NCBI GenBank assembly: GCA_934646835.1
Contig: CAKUES010000005.1
Span: 12,860-76,859 of the forward strand
Source: an uncultured Coriobacteriales bacterium
Lineage (GTDB): Bacteria > Actinomycetota > Coriobacteriia > Coriobacteriales > QAMH01
Reading direction: 5' to 3'
DNA length: 64,000 nucleotides
Below the pieces are notes generated by a model that was not told where the DNA came from, searched no databases, and saw nothing but the letters and a program-made list of their open reading frames with translations. The translations under genes were made by a program, and so were the position numbers. Shown here piece after piece: positions 27,489 to 35,629 of the stretch (positions are counted from its first letter, which is position 1; each line of letters begins with the position of its first letter).

Positions 27489-28199
27489 ATGTCAATCCTT
27501 ATGGATATCAACGTGATCAAAGACGGACTCAAGGCAGCGCTGCCCATCATGGCAGGCTATGTCGTGCTCGGCCTGCCCTGCGGACTGCTGTGCCAGCAGG
27601 CGGGCATCAACGCACTCGAAGCCTTCATCATGTCCATCACCTTCTACTCCGGCGCAGGCCAGTACATGATTCCCAACATGTGGCTCGCCGGCAGCGGCCC
27701 GCTTGCCATCATCGCGAGCGTGAGCCTCGTCAACACCCGTCAGACGCTCTATTCCACGGCCCTGTCCCAGTTCTGCACGAACTGCTCCAAGCGCCTGGGC
27801 TTCCTGTTCTCTGCAACCGTCACCGACGAGAGCTTCGGCGTGAACCTCGCCCGCTTCCAAAACGGCGGCTGGGACGTGCATCGCGCCACCGCGGTCAACC
27901 TCTGCTCCATGTTCACCTGGGCGCTTGCCAACGCCGCCGGCGTCATCTTGGGCAGCCTCGTCTCCGTCCCCACGGTGCTGGCGTCCTTTGCCATGACCTC
28001 GATCTTCATCTGCCTGCTGTGCATGCAGAAAGTCAACCTCGTCAACCTGGTCACGATGGTCACCGCCGCAGCCGGCGTCTTCATCTGCAAGCTCGCAGGT
28101 CTGGGCGGCCCTGCCATCCTGATCGGCGCCGTTGCCGGTGTCGCCGTCGGCTACATCTGCTCGAGCGCCCTGCTCAAAAAGAACAAGGAGGCCGAGTAA
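27489..28199 (+). CDS. azlC: AzlC-family branched-chain amino acid exporter subunit
   Basis: AzlC-like polytopic translation (PIMAGYVVLGLPCG..., FYSGAGQYM), followed by an overlapping azlD. Confidence 0.8.
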   Translation: MSILMDINVIKDGLKAALPIMAGYVVLGLPCGLLCQQAGINALEAFIMSITFYSGAGQYMIPNMWLAGSGPLAIIASVSLVNTRQTLYSTALSQFCTNCSKRLGFLFSATVTDESFGVNLARFQNGGWDVHRATAVNLCSMFTWALANAAGVILGSLVSVPTVLASFAMTSIFICLLCMQKVNLVNLVTMVTAAAGVFICKLAGLGGPAILIGAVAGVAVGYICSSALLKKNKEAE

Positions 28200-28525
28200 T
28201 GAGCACTTCGTCCTTCCTCATCATCTTCCTGTGCTGCCTGGTGACGATGCTCGCCTGCCGCTGCATCCCGCTGCTCGCCCTCAAGGGCCGCGAGCTGCCG
28301 ATGTCGGTCGTGCGCGCGCTCAACCTCATCCCACCGGCAGCCTTTGCAGCGTTGGTCGCAAACGACCTGCTCTCCCCCACCATGTTCGCCGACGGCATGT
28401 GGACCGGCCTCATGCCGCTCATCGCCGCCGTCCTCACCATGGTCGCGGGCTACCTGCGCAAGTCGCTCGTGCTGTGCATCGTCGTGGGCGTCGGCTCCTA
28501 CGCCGCCATGATGTTCCTGCTGTAG
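28199..28525 (+). CDS. azlD: AzlD-family small membrane protein
   Basis: 108-aa hydrophobic protein. The start overlaps the azlC stop (TAATG). Confidence 0.75.
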   Translation: MSTSSFLIIFLCCLVTMLACRCIPLLALKGRELPMSVVRALNLIPPAAFAALVANDLLSPTMFADGMWTGLMPLIAAVLTMVAGYLRKSLVLCIVVGVGSYAAMMFLL

Positions 28526-28550
28526 AAGAGCGTGCCAAACCTGATAGTTC

Positions 28551-28624
28551 TGTACGTCTGAGACCTGGTCATTTCCGTTCAACGCCTTTGGCTTGAACGG
28601 AAATGACCAGGTCTCAGACATACA
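28551..28624. repeat. 32-bp-arm palindrome after azlD (terminator-like)
   Basis: TGTACGTCTGAGACCTGGTCATTTCCGTTCAA (28551-28582) against 28593-28624, one mismatch, 10-nt loop. Confidence 0.85.
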
Positions 28625-28636
28625 GAGCGTGGGGCA

Positions 28637-28739
28637 GCAATTCTCTGAACGATTAGTCGTTCAGAGAATTGCCGAAACAGCGCCTTTTGCCCTGAAACCC
28701 GTATTGTCTGAACGATTGGTCGTTCAGACAATACGGGTT
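28637..28739. repeat. Family E hairpins (CTGAACGA-NNNN-TCGTTCAG core), two units
   Basis: GCAATTCTCTGAACGA-TTAG-TCGTTCAGAGAATTGC (28637-28672) and AACCCGTATTGTCTGAACGA-TTGG-TCGTTCAGACAATACGGGTT (28696-28739). Same family as 49861-50140. Confidence 0.9.
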
Positions 28740-28851
28740 ACGGCACCTGTCCCATTCGAGACGCGGCTTTAGCACCGCGCATCTTCAGCTTGGCTTCAGA
28801 TAGCGCGCCTATAATGCTGCCAACAGGAAACAAGAACCGAAGGCAGGCCCC

Positions 28852-29529
28852 ATGAACATCCTCATCGCAGAAGACGAGCGCAGCTTGGCGGATGCGCTGG
28901 CGCAGATCTTGCGGCAGGAACGCTACCACGTCGACGTGGTCTACAACGGCAACGACGCTGCTGCCTACATCACCGGTGCCGATTACGACGCCTTCATCTG
29001 CGACGTCATGCTTCCCGGCAAGGACGGCTTCCAGATCGTGCGCGAGGCACGCGCCGCAGGCGTCAACACCCCCATCATCATGCTCACCGCGCGCACGGCG
29101 ACTATGGACAAGGTCCACGGCCTCGACGCCGGCGCAGACGACTACATGACCAAGCCCTTCCAGCCCATCGAGCTGCTCGCGCGCCTGCGCGCCATCACCC
29201 GCCGCCAGGGCGAGGTCGTCGTCGACGAGCTCTCTTTTGGCGACCTGCGCCTCAACCTCTCCACCTGCGACCTGTCATGCAACGACGCCGAGCCGGTCCA
29301 TCTCTCCTACAAGGAGTTCGAGGTCCTGCAGACACTCATGTCGCACGCTCCCGCGACCGTGAGCAAAGAGGCGATCATCGCACGCGTGTGGGGTTACGAG
29401 TCCACAGCAGAGGACAACAACGTCGAGGCCTACATCAGCTTTCTGCGCAAGAAGCTCAAGTTCCTCGGCTCCAAGAGCAAGATCGTCACGCAGCGCATGA
29501 TGGGCTACCGCATCGAGGAGGGCGATTAG
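28852..29529 (+). CDS. OmpR-family response regulator
   Basis: MNILIAEDE..., DAFICDVMLPGKDG (phospho-acceptor Asp context), and a winged-helix C-terminus ending MMGYRIEE. Confidence 0.92.
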   Translation: MNILIAEDERSLADALAQILRQERYHVDVVYNGNDAAAYITGADYDAFICDVMLPGKDGFQIVREARAAGVNTPIIMLTARTATMDKVHGLDAGADDYMTKPFQPIELLARLRAITRRQGEVVVDELSFGDLRLNLSTCDLSCNDAEPVHLSYKEFEVLQTLMSHAPATVSKEAIIARVWGYESTAEDNNVEAYISFLRKKLKFLGSKSKIVTQRMMGYRIEEGD

Positions 29530-29569
29530 GATTCTCAAGACCTTCAAGAGGCGCTTCGTCCTCATCACC

Positions 29570-30787
29570 ATGAGCCTGCTGGCGCTCGTCTCGCTCGCTG
29601 CGTTTTGCGTCATGGGCTACATGACCCAACAAAATATGCTGTCGAGCATCGAGGGTGCCTTGAGCAGCGCCATCGACGGCGACGCAAAGGGCTCAGACCT
29701 CCCCTTCATCGGCCACAACAACTCCGGCGAGCGCGGCAACAGCACTGCCGTGCCCGCATACAGCGTCACCGTGACCTGGGACGGCAGCATCTACGCCGAC
29801 AAGAACCTCGTCACCCAGATGGACGAGGACGTCTTGAAGAGCGCCGTCGCAACGGCGGTCAACAGCTGTCATGGCTCTGCCGTGCAAGGTTCCATCCCCG
29901 CCTACTCCCTCTACTTCAAGATCGTCCCCAAGGACTTGGGCTACCGCATCGCCTTCGTCGATTCGAGCTCGTATGACGCGGCCATCCAGGCAATCTTCAT
30001 CTCGTTTGGCCTGGCTTGGCTCGTCTTGATGGTCGTCCTCTTTGTCATCACCATGTTCTTGGCGCGCTTCGTCGCCCGCCCGGTCGAGGCCGCATGGGAG
30101 AACCAGCAGCGCTTCATCGCAGACGCGAGCCACGAGCTCAAGACCCCGCTGACGGTCATCATGGCCGACGCCTCCATCCTCCGGAAGAGCCCGGAGAAGA
30201 CCGTGGCAGAGCAGAAGGACTGGGTCGAGGGCATCTCGAGCGAGGCCGAGCGCATGCGCCGCCTGACCGAGGACCTGCTCGCGCTTGCCCAAGCAGACGC
30301 CGGCATCGACACCGCGCCGGTCATGACAGAGCTTGACTTCTCGCAGATGACCGAGCGCGCCGTGCTGCAGTTCGAGGCGGCTGCCTTCGAGCGCGGCCTC
30401 TTAATCGAGGACGAGATCGAGGAGGGCGTCAAGGTGAGCGGAGCCGCCGATAAGCTCGACGGTATGCTCAAGACCCTGCTGGAAAACGCCTGCAAGTACG
30501 GAGCAGGCAGCGGCGAGCCCGTGCGCGTCAAGCTAACACGCAACAAGACGCATGCCATCCTCTCCGTCTCCAACGGCGGCGTCTCCATCCCGCCCGAGGA
30601 CCTAGTGCACGTCTTCGACCGCTTCTACCGCTCCGACAAGTCGCGCACAAAGGAAGGCGAGAGCGCGAGCTTTGGCCTGGGGCTAGCCATCGCCAAGTCC
30701 ACCGCGGAGCTCCACCGCGGCAGCATCGCCGCCGCCTCCAGCAACGGCATCACGGCCTTCACCGTCAAGCTGCCGCTGGCAAAGTAG
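29570..30787 (+). CDS. Sensor histidine kinase; the true start is possibly upstream at a non-canonical ATT codon
   Basis: H-box ADASHELKTPLT, and ATP-lid motifs NACKYG and FGLGLAIAK. The frame is open from 29501 and encodes IRILKTFKRRFVLIT before the first ATG. Confidence 0.88.
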   Translation: MSLLALVSLAAFCVMGYMTQQNMLSSIEGALSSAIDGDAKGSDLPFIGHNNSGERGNSTAVPAYSVTVTWDGSIYADKNLVTQMDEDVLKSAVATAVNSCHGSAVQGSIPAYSLYFKIVPKDLGYRIAFVDSSSYDAAIQAIFISFGLAWLVLMVVLFVITMFLARFVARPVEAAWENQQRFIADASHELKTPLTVIMADASILRKSPEKTVAEQKDWVEGISSEAERMRRLTEDLLALAQADAGIDTAPVMTELDFSQMTERAVLQFEAAAFERGLLIEDEIEEGVKVSGAADKLDGMLKTLLENACKYGAGSGEPVRVKLTRNKTHAILSVSNGGVSIPPEDLVHVFDRFYRSDKSRTKEGESASFGLGLAIAKSTAELHRGSIAAASSNGITAFTVKLPLAK

Positions 30788-30979
30788 ACCAGAGAACCTG
30801 CAGGCATCCAATGCGCACCGCATCGCCTACATCAACGCTAGGGGTATTAGTCAGCCAATCCTAACCGCTTGCCGAGAGAGGTAAAACCATAGCCCCAGCT
30901 CAACCATGGCAAGGTATTTTTAGTGTCAGGAGCGGCGAGAAGCCGCGAGGAGAGTACCCACGAATCTGGAGGATTCATC

Positions 30980-31147
30980 ATGGCTGTAACTGTTGATACC
31001 GATGCCTGCATCGCCTGCGGTGCATGCGAGTCCGCTTGCCCCCTCGACGCCATCAGCGTTGAGGATGTTGCCGTCATCGACGAGGACATCTGCTGCGAGT
31101 GCGGCGCCTGCATCAGCTCCTGCGCCGTTGACGCACTGAGCCTGTAA
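30980..31147 (+). CDS. 2x[4Fe-4S] ferredoxin (55 aa)
   Basis: CIACGACESACP and CCECGACISSCA. ATG at 30980 follows GGAGGA. Confidence 0.85.
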   Translation: MAVTVDTDACIACGACESACPLDAISVEDVAVIDEDICCECGACISSCAVDALSL

Positions 31148-31174
31148 GCTCACAGCGCAAGCAACATGCTCTGC

Positions 31175-31205
31175 AAAGGGGACCCGTCGGGGTCCCCTTT
31201 CTTTT
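31175..31205 (+). terminator. Intrinsic terminator after the ferredoxin gene
   Basis: AAAGGGGACCC-GTCG-GGGTCCCCTTT followed by CTTTT. Confidence 0.85.
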
Positions 31206-31321
31206 GCCGCAACGTCGATACCGGCACTTGGCACAGCCCTATCCCGACACAAATCACACAGCCATCCCCTGCCTGGGGCAAGTACAATAAAAAGCTACGC
31301 AATCTACCACAAGGAGCAAAC

Positions 31322-32659
31322 ATGATCAGCGAGGAAGTGACGATCGAGTCTTTGGCCTACGGCGGCGACGGTGTCGCGCATCTCGCCGACGGCCGCGCGG
31401 TGTTCGTCCCCATGAGCTGTCCCGGCGACAAGGTCCTCATCGACGTCAAGGAGTCCAAGGACCGCTTTGCGAAGGGCACGATCGACCAGATCGTCGAGGC
31501 TTCCGAGCACCGCGTCCAGCCCCGCTGCGACGAGGCCTGCACCGGCCGCTGCGGCGGCTGCCCTTGGGCACAGGTCGCCTACGAGCAGCAGCTCTACTTC
31601 AAGCGCCGCGCCGTCGTCGACGCCCTGACCCGCACCGGCAAGATCGAGGGCGCAGAGGAGCTCGTTGGCGAGTGCATCCCGAGCGCCAAGCAGTGGAATT
31701 ACCGCAACAAGGTCGAGTTCGTCGTGGGCCAGGATGTCGCAGGGCGCTTCAGCCTGGGCATGCACGCCGCCAACAGCTCCGCCTTCGACCCGCTGGCCAG
31801 CTGCCTGCTCGCCACCAAGCAGTACGAGAAGTTCCCCAAGCAGATGACCGGCGCGCTGCGCTTCCTTCAAGGCGCAGACAACCTGGGCATCGAGCGCGTC
31901 GGCGTGCGCGTCTCCACCCGCACAAGCGACGTCGAGCTCGCCATCTGGACCCGCACGGGGCGCTTCCCTCGCGCGCAGGCGGCAAAGATCCTCACCGACG
32001 CCGTGCGCACCAAGCGTCCCGCCATCACCCGCGTGCTTCTCAAGGACGACACCAAGACCAAGGCCCGCAAGGTGACCGGCACGGAAAACCTCGCCGGCAA
32101 GGGCCATTGGACCGAGGAGATCGACGGTCGCATCATGATCTTGTCCGCGCCGAGCTTCTTCCAGGTAAACACCCCGGGTGCGGAGACGCTCATCAAGCTC
32201 GTCATGGAGGGTCTGCAGCCCGACAGCGAGGACGTCGCACTCGACCTCTACTCCGGCGCCGGCACCTTCACACTGCCGCTTGCTGCCGCTGCAGGTGACG
32301 TCGTCGCCGTCGAGAGCGCCGGAAGCTCCGTACGCGACCTGCGCCGTAACCTCGAGCGCAACAACCTCTACGCCGACGTCATCGGCGGAGACGTCGGCCG
32401 CGAGCTGCCCGAGCTCGGCTACGCGGACGTCGCCGTCGTCGATCCGCCGCGCTGCGGCCTGGCACCGGAGGCGCTGTCTGCCCTGCTCGATACGGAGGCA
32501 CGCCGCATCGCCTACGTGAGCTGCGACCCACAGACGCTCGCACGCGACCTCAAAGCCGTGCTGGCCGATGGCCGCTACGTCATCAAGAGCGTCCAGCCCG
32601 TCGACCTCTTCCCCCAGACCTACCACGTCGAGACCGTGACGATCTTGGAGAAGCGCTAG
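31322..32659 (+). CDS. RumA/TrmA-family RNA (uracil-5)-methyltransferase with TRAM domain and Fe-S cysteines
   Basis: N-terminal TRAM-like region, CDEACTGRCGGCPW cluster, DLYSGAGTF SAM motif, and C-terminal VSCDPQTLARD. Confidence 0.85.
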   Translation: MISEEVTIESLAYGGDGVAHLADGRAVFVPMSCPGDKVLIDVKESKDRFAKGTIDQIVEASEHRVQPRCDEACTGRCGGCPWAQVAYEQQLYFKRRAVVDALTRTGKIEGAEELVGECIPSAKQWNYRNKVEFVVGQDVAGRFSLGMHAANSSAFDPLASCLLATKQYEKFPKQMTGALRFLQGADNLGIERVGVRVSTRTSDVELAIWTRTGRFPRAQAAKILTDAVRTKRPAITRVLLKDDTKTKARKVTGTENLAGKGHWTEEIDGRIMILSAPSFFQVNTPGAETLIKLVMEGLQPDSEDVALDLYSGAGTFTLPLAAAAGDVVAVESAGSSVRDLRRNLERNNLYADVIGGDVGRELPELGYADVAVVDPPRCGLAPEALSALLDTEARRIAYVSCDPQTLARDLKAVLADGRYVIKSVQPVDLFPQTYHVETVTILEKR

Positions 32660-32761
32660 GGCGCCACCGCTGCAATCAGGCGGCGACATGCCGCTATAAT
32701 GAAGAATTGACTTGCCGCAAGACGGCACACACGCATTAATCAGAAGAGGAGAGATGAGCCC

Positions 32762-33490
32762 GTGGAGTTTATCATCACCAAGAACTACGAGGAAATGAGC
32801 CGTAAGGCCGCCGATGTCATCGCCGAGCTGGTCGCCGCAAAGCCCGACTGCACCCTGGGTCTGGCAACGGGCTCCACGCCCGAGGGCCTCTATGCCCAGC
32901 TGGTCAAGGACTACGAGGACGGCAAGATCTCCTTCAAGGATGTCACCACCTACAACCTGGACGAGTACCGCGGCCTCGACCACGACCACGTCCAGTCCTA
33001 CCACTACTTCATGGCCAAGCACCTTTTCGACCACGTCGACATCGACAAGGCCGCAACCCACGTGCCCGACGGCTCCAACCCGGATGCAGGCGCAGCGTGC
33101 GCCGAGTACGAGGCAGCCATCAAGGCTCACGGCGGCGTCGACATCCAGCTGCTGGGTCTGGGCCACAACGGCCACATCGGCTTCAACGAGCCCAACAGCG
33201 AGTTCGTCAAGGAGACCAACTGCGTGAAGCTGACGCAGTCCACCATTGAGGCCAACAGCCGCCTCTTTGACTCCATCGACGAGGTCCCGACCGAGGCCTA
33301 CACCATGGGCATCGGCACCATCATGCGCGCCAAGAAGGTGCTCGTGGTCGCCAACGGCGAGGGCAAGGCAGAGATCGTCAAGAAGGCGTTCTTCGGCCCC
33401 GTCACCCCGGAGGTCCCCGCCTCCGTGCTGCAGTTCCACCCCAACGTCGTCGTCATCGTTGACGAGGCGGCAGCATCCAAGTGCGAGTAA
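32762..33490 (+). CDS. nagB: Glucosamine-6-phosphate deaminase
   Basis: LGLATGSTP, LDEY, LLGLGHNGHIGFNEP. GTG start. Confidence 0.92.
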   Translation: MEFIITKNYEEMSRKAADVIAELVAAKPDCTLGLATGSTPEGLYAQLVKDYEDGKISFKDVTTYNLDEYRGLDHDHVQSYHYFMAKHLFDHVDIDKAATHVPDGSNPDAGAACAEYEAAIKAHGGVDIQLLGLGHNGHIGFNEPNSEFVKETNCVKLTQSTIEANSRLFDSIDEVPTEAYTMGIGTIMRAKKVLVVANGEGKAEIVKKAFFGPVTPEVPASVLQFHPNVVVIVDEAAASKCE

Positions 33491-33519
33491 TCATCTAACT
33501 CGCAGATAGGCTAAACTGG

Positions 33520-33553
33520 CAGGATAGGCTTTTTAAAGCCTATCCTGTTTTTG
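33520..33553 (+). terminator. Intrinsic terminator between nagB and nagA
   Basis: CAGGATAGGC-TTTTTAAA-GCCTATCCTG followed by TTTTTG. Confidence 0.8.
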
Positions 33554-33597
33554 TATTCGAGAGGGCAATGCCCCCTCACGCTACCAAGGGGTTTTAC

Positions 33598-34719
33598 ATG
33601 AGGATCACCAATGGCCGCGTGTTCAATGGCCAGGGTTTCGAGGACGCAGACGTCCTCGTCAACGGCGATCGCTTTGTCGCCGAGTACGACTACGTCGACG
33701 ACGGCATCGTCATCGACGCAGCAGGCTGCATCGTGGCACCGGGTCTGATCGACCTGCACTTCCACGGCTGCATGGGCCAGGACTTCTGCAACGCGACAGA
33801 TGAGTCCATCGACACGATTGCCAGCTACCAAGCCTCGCAAGGCATCACCGCCATCTGCCCGGCGACGATGACTTTCCCGGAGGAGATCCTCAGCCCCATC
33901 ATGGACACGGCAGCCCGCTTCAAGCCGAGCGACGGCCAGTCCGCGCTCGTCGGCATCAACATGGAGGGCCCCTTCATCAGCCCGCACAAGGTCGGTGCCC
34001 AAAACCCCGCCTACGTGCAGGCAGCAGACCTCGCCATGCTCGAGCGCCTGCAAGAGCGCAGCGGCGGGCTCGTGAAGCTCGTCGACATTGCCCCGGAGGA
34101 GCCGGGCAACCTCGAATTTGTCAGCCAGGCGGCTGGCAAGGCCCGCATCTCCATCGCGCACACCTGTTGCAGCTACGAGGATGCCAGCGCCGCCTTCGAG
34201 GCCGGCGCGCGCCACATGACGCACCTCTACAACGCGATGCCCGGCTTGCACCATCGCGAGCCCGGCCCCATCGCTGCAGCGGCAGATCGCGACGACGTCA
34301 CCTGTGAGATCATCTGCGACGGCGTGCATATCAAGCCGAGCATGGTCCGCCTTGCCTTCAAGATCTTTGGCGCAGACCGCATGATCCTCATCAGCGACAC
34401 CGTCGAGGCCTGCGGCCTAGCCGATGGCAAGTACCACCTGGGAGGCCAGGAGATCTTCGTCAACGGCAACCGCGCGACGCTTGCAGACGGCACGCTGGCC
34501 GGCGGCGCGACGAACCTCGCCCGCTGTCTCGCCGTCGCTGCCAACGAGATGGGTATCCCGCTGGCAGACGCCCTCAAGGCCGCGACCATCAACCCTGCCC
34601 GCGCGCTGGGCATCGACGCCGAGCGCGGCAGCATCGAGCCCGGCAAGATCGCAGACTGCATCCTACTCGACGCCAACAACGCCGTCGCCAAGGTCATCCT
34701 GCGCGGCAAAGAGCTGTAG
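33598..34719 (+). CDS. nagA: N-acetylglucosamine-6-phosphate deacetylase
   Basis: PGLIDLHFHG, NMEGPFIS, THLYNAM, ISD.V amidohydrolase motifs. Start at MRITNGRV. Confidence 0.92.
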   Translation: MRITNGRVFNGQGFEDADVLVNGDRFVAEYDYVDDGIVIDAAGCIVAPGLIDLHFHGCMGQDFCNATDESIDTIASYQASQGITAICPATMTFPEEILSPIMDTAARFKPSDGQSALVGINMEGPFISPHKVGAQNPAYVQAADLAMLERLQERSGGLVKLVDIAPEEPGNLEFVSQAAGKARISIAHTCCSYEDASAAFEAGARHMTHLYNAMPGLHHREPGPIAAAADRDDVTCEIICDGVHIKPSMVRLAFKIFGADRMILISDTVEACGLADGKYHLGGQEIFVNGNRATLADGTLAGGATNLARCLAVAANEMGIPLADALKAATINPARALGIDAERGSIEPGKIADCILLDANNAVAKVILRGKEL

Positions 34720-34741
34720 AGAGGCGCGGGAGCCCGCACGG

Positions 34742-34800
34742 GTGACACACAATGTACCAGTGACGGTGACACACAATGTACCAGTGACAAAGTGTGTCAC
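34742..34800. repeat. Family D hairpin unit with a partial tandem duplication
   Basis: GTGACACACAATGTACCAGTGAC-G-GTGACACACAATGTACCAGTGACAAAGTGTGTCAC. Confidence 0.85.
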
Positions 34801-34821
34801 GCCGGCCCGCTGTTACCTAAT

Positions 34822-34847
34822 GGCGCCGACTTCGTCTGGCGCCTACG
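34822..34847 (-). repeat. REP-like hairpin, class B, plus TACG
   Basis: GGCGCCGACTTCGTCTGGCGCC followed by TACG. Confidence 0.85.
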
Positions 34848-34902
34848 TGGGGTCCGGGGCCCGCAGATGCTAACGCGAAGCTCACGGCGAGCAGCAAGGT
34901 TT

Positions 34903-34928
34903 GGGGCCGAATGAATTCGGCCCCTACG
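34903..34928 (-). repeat. REP-like hairpin, class C variant, plus TACG
   Basis: GGGGCCGAATGAATTCGGCCCC followed by TACG. Has a compensatory G:C to C:G swap relative to 2267-2288. Confidence 0.8.
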
Positions 34929-35027
34929 CATTCCAAAGCGCAAGGTTATTGGGTGTTGCTGCCTGCATTGCATAGCGATGGGGAGACATCGCGTTAGCGC
35001 CATCGAGCCACAAGGGCACGTAGGCGC

Positions 35028-35053
35028 CTGACGAAGTCGGCGCCATAGGTCGC
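35028..35053 (+). repeat. REP-like hairpin, class B (CGTA head on the plus strand)
   Basis: CGTAGGCGCCTGACGAAGTCGGCGCC. Confidence 0.85.
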
Positions 35054-35080
35054 AGCGGGATGACTGGCGCCTGCGAGGTG

Positions 35081-35299
35081 CCGGAACTGGGCGGTTCGCG
35101 CTCGAAGACGCGACGATCTGGGTGGTTTAAGGCTTTTATTTCGTGAACTGGGTGGTTTTGGCGATGCTCGGCGAGGACGCCTCCGAGTGACGGCGCTCTG
35201 ACCTGCAGTTTTACAAATCGGATTCTGACGCATCGCTTCAACGTGCGAACCAGACCACCCAGATCGCGAAATAAAAGCCTTAAACCACCCAGATCGTCG
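35081..35299. repeat. Foldback repeat family G with 33-bp perfect terminal inverted repeats
   Basis: CGACGATCTGGGTGGTTTAAGGCTTTTATTTCG (35111-35143) is the exact reverse complement of 35267-35299. Additional GAACTGGG.GGTT motifs occur at 35081 and 35142. Confidence 0.88.
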
Positions 35300-35310
35300 C
35301 GTCAGCCGAC

Positions 35311-35394
35311 CGGTCAACACTCTAGTCAGGCTGATTTGTTGACCATGCCAGGCCTGGCATGGTCAACAAATCAGCCTGACTAGAGTGTTGACCG
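35311..35394. repeat. Perfect 84-bp palindrome (42 + 42 bp, no loop)
   Basis: CGGTCAACACTCTAGTCAGGCTGATTTGTTGACCATGCCAGG followed directly by its exact reverse complement. Confidence 0.95.
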
Positions 35395-35528
35395 TGCCCC
35401 AAGACAGCGCGGCGCCCCATTCGGGACCAGCAAGTTAGAGAGCCCGTTCACGGCGAACAGCCGATGGATTCGCAAGCCCCTCCCCGGCGGCTCGGGCTGC
35501 AGGTTTACGCCATCTCGTTGCAACCCGT

Positions 35529-35554
35529 GGCGCCGACTTCGTCTGGCGCCTACG
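35529..35554 (-). repeat. REP-like hairpin, class B, plus TACG
   Basis: GGCGCCGACTTCGTCTGGCGCC followed by TACG. Confidence 0.85.
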
Positions 35555-35629
35555 AGGGGTCGGGGCCCACCGGTGCTGACGCGAGGCTCACGGCGAGCAG
35601 CAGAACCCGGCCCCCGGCACGCGTCGCAA

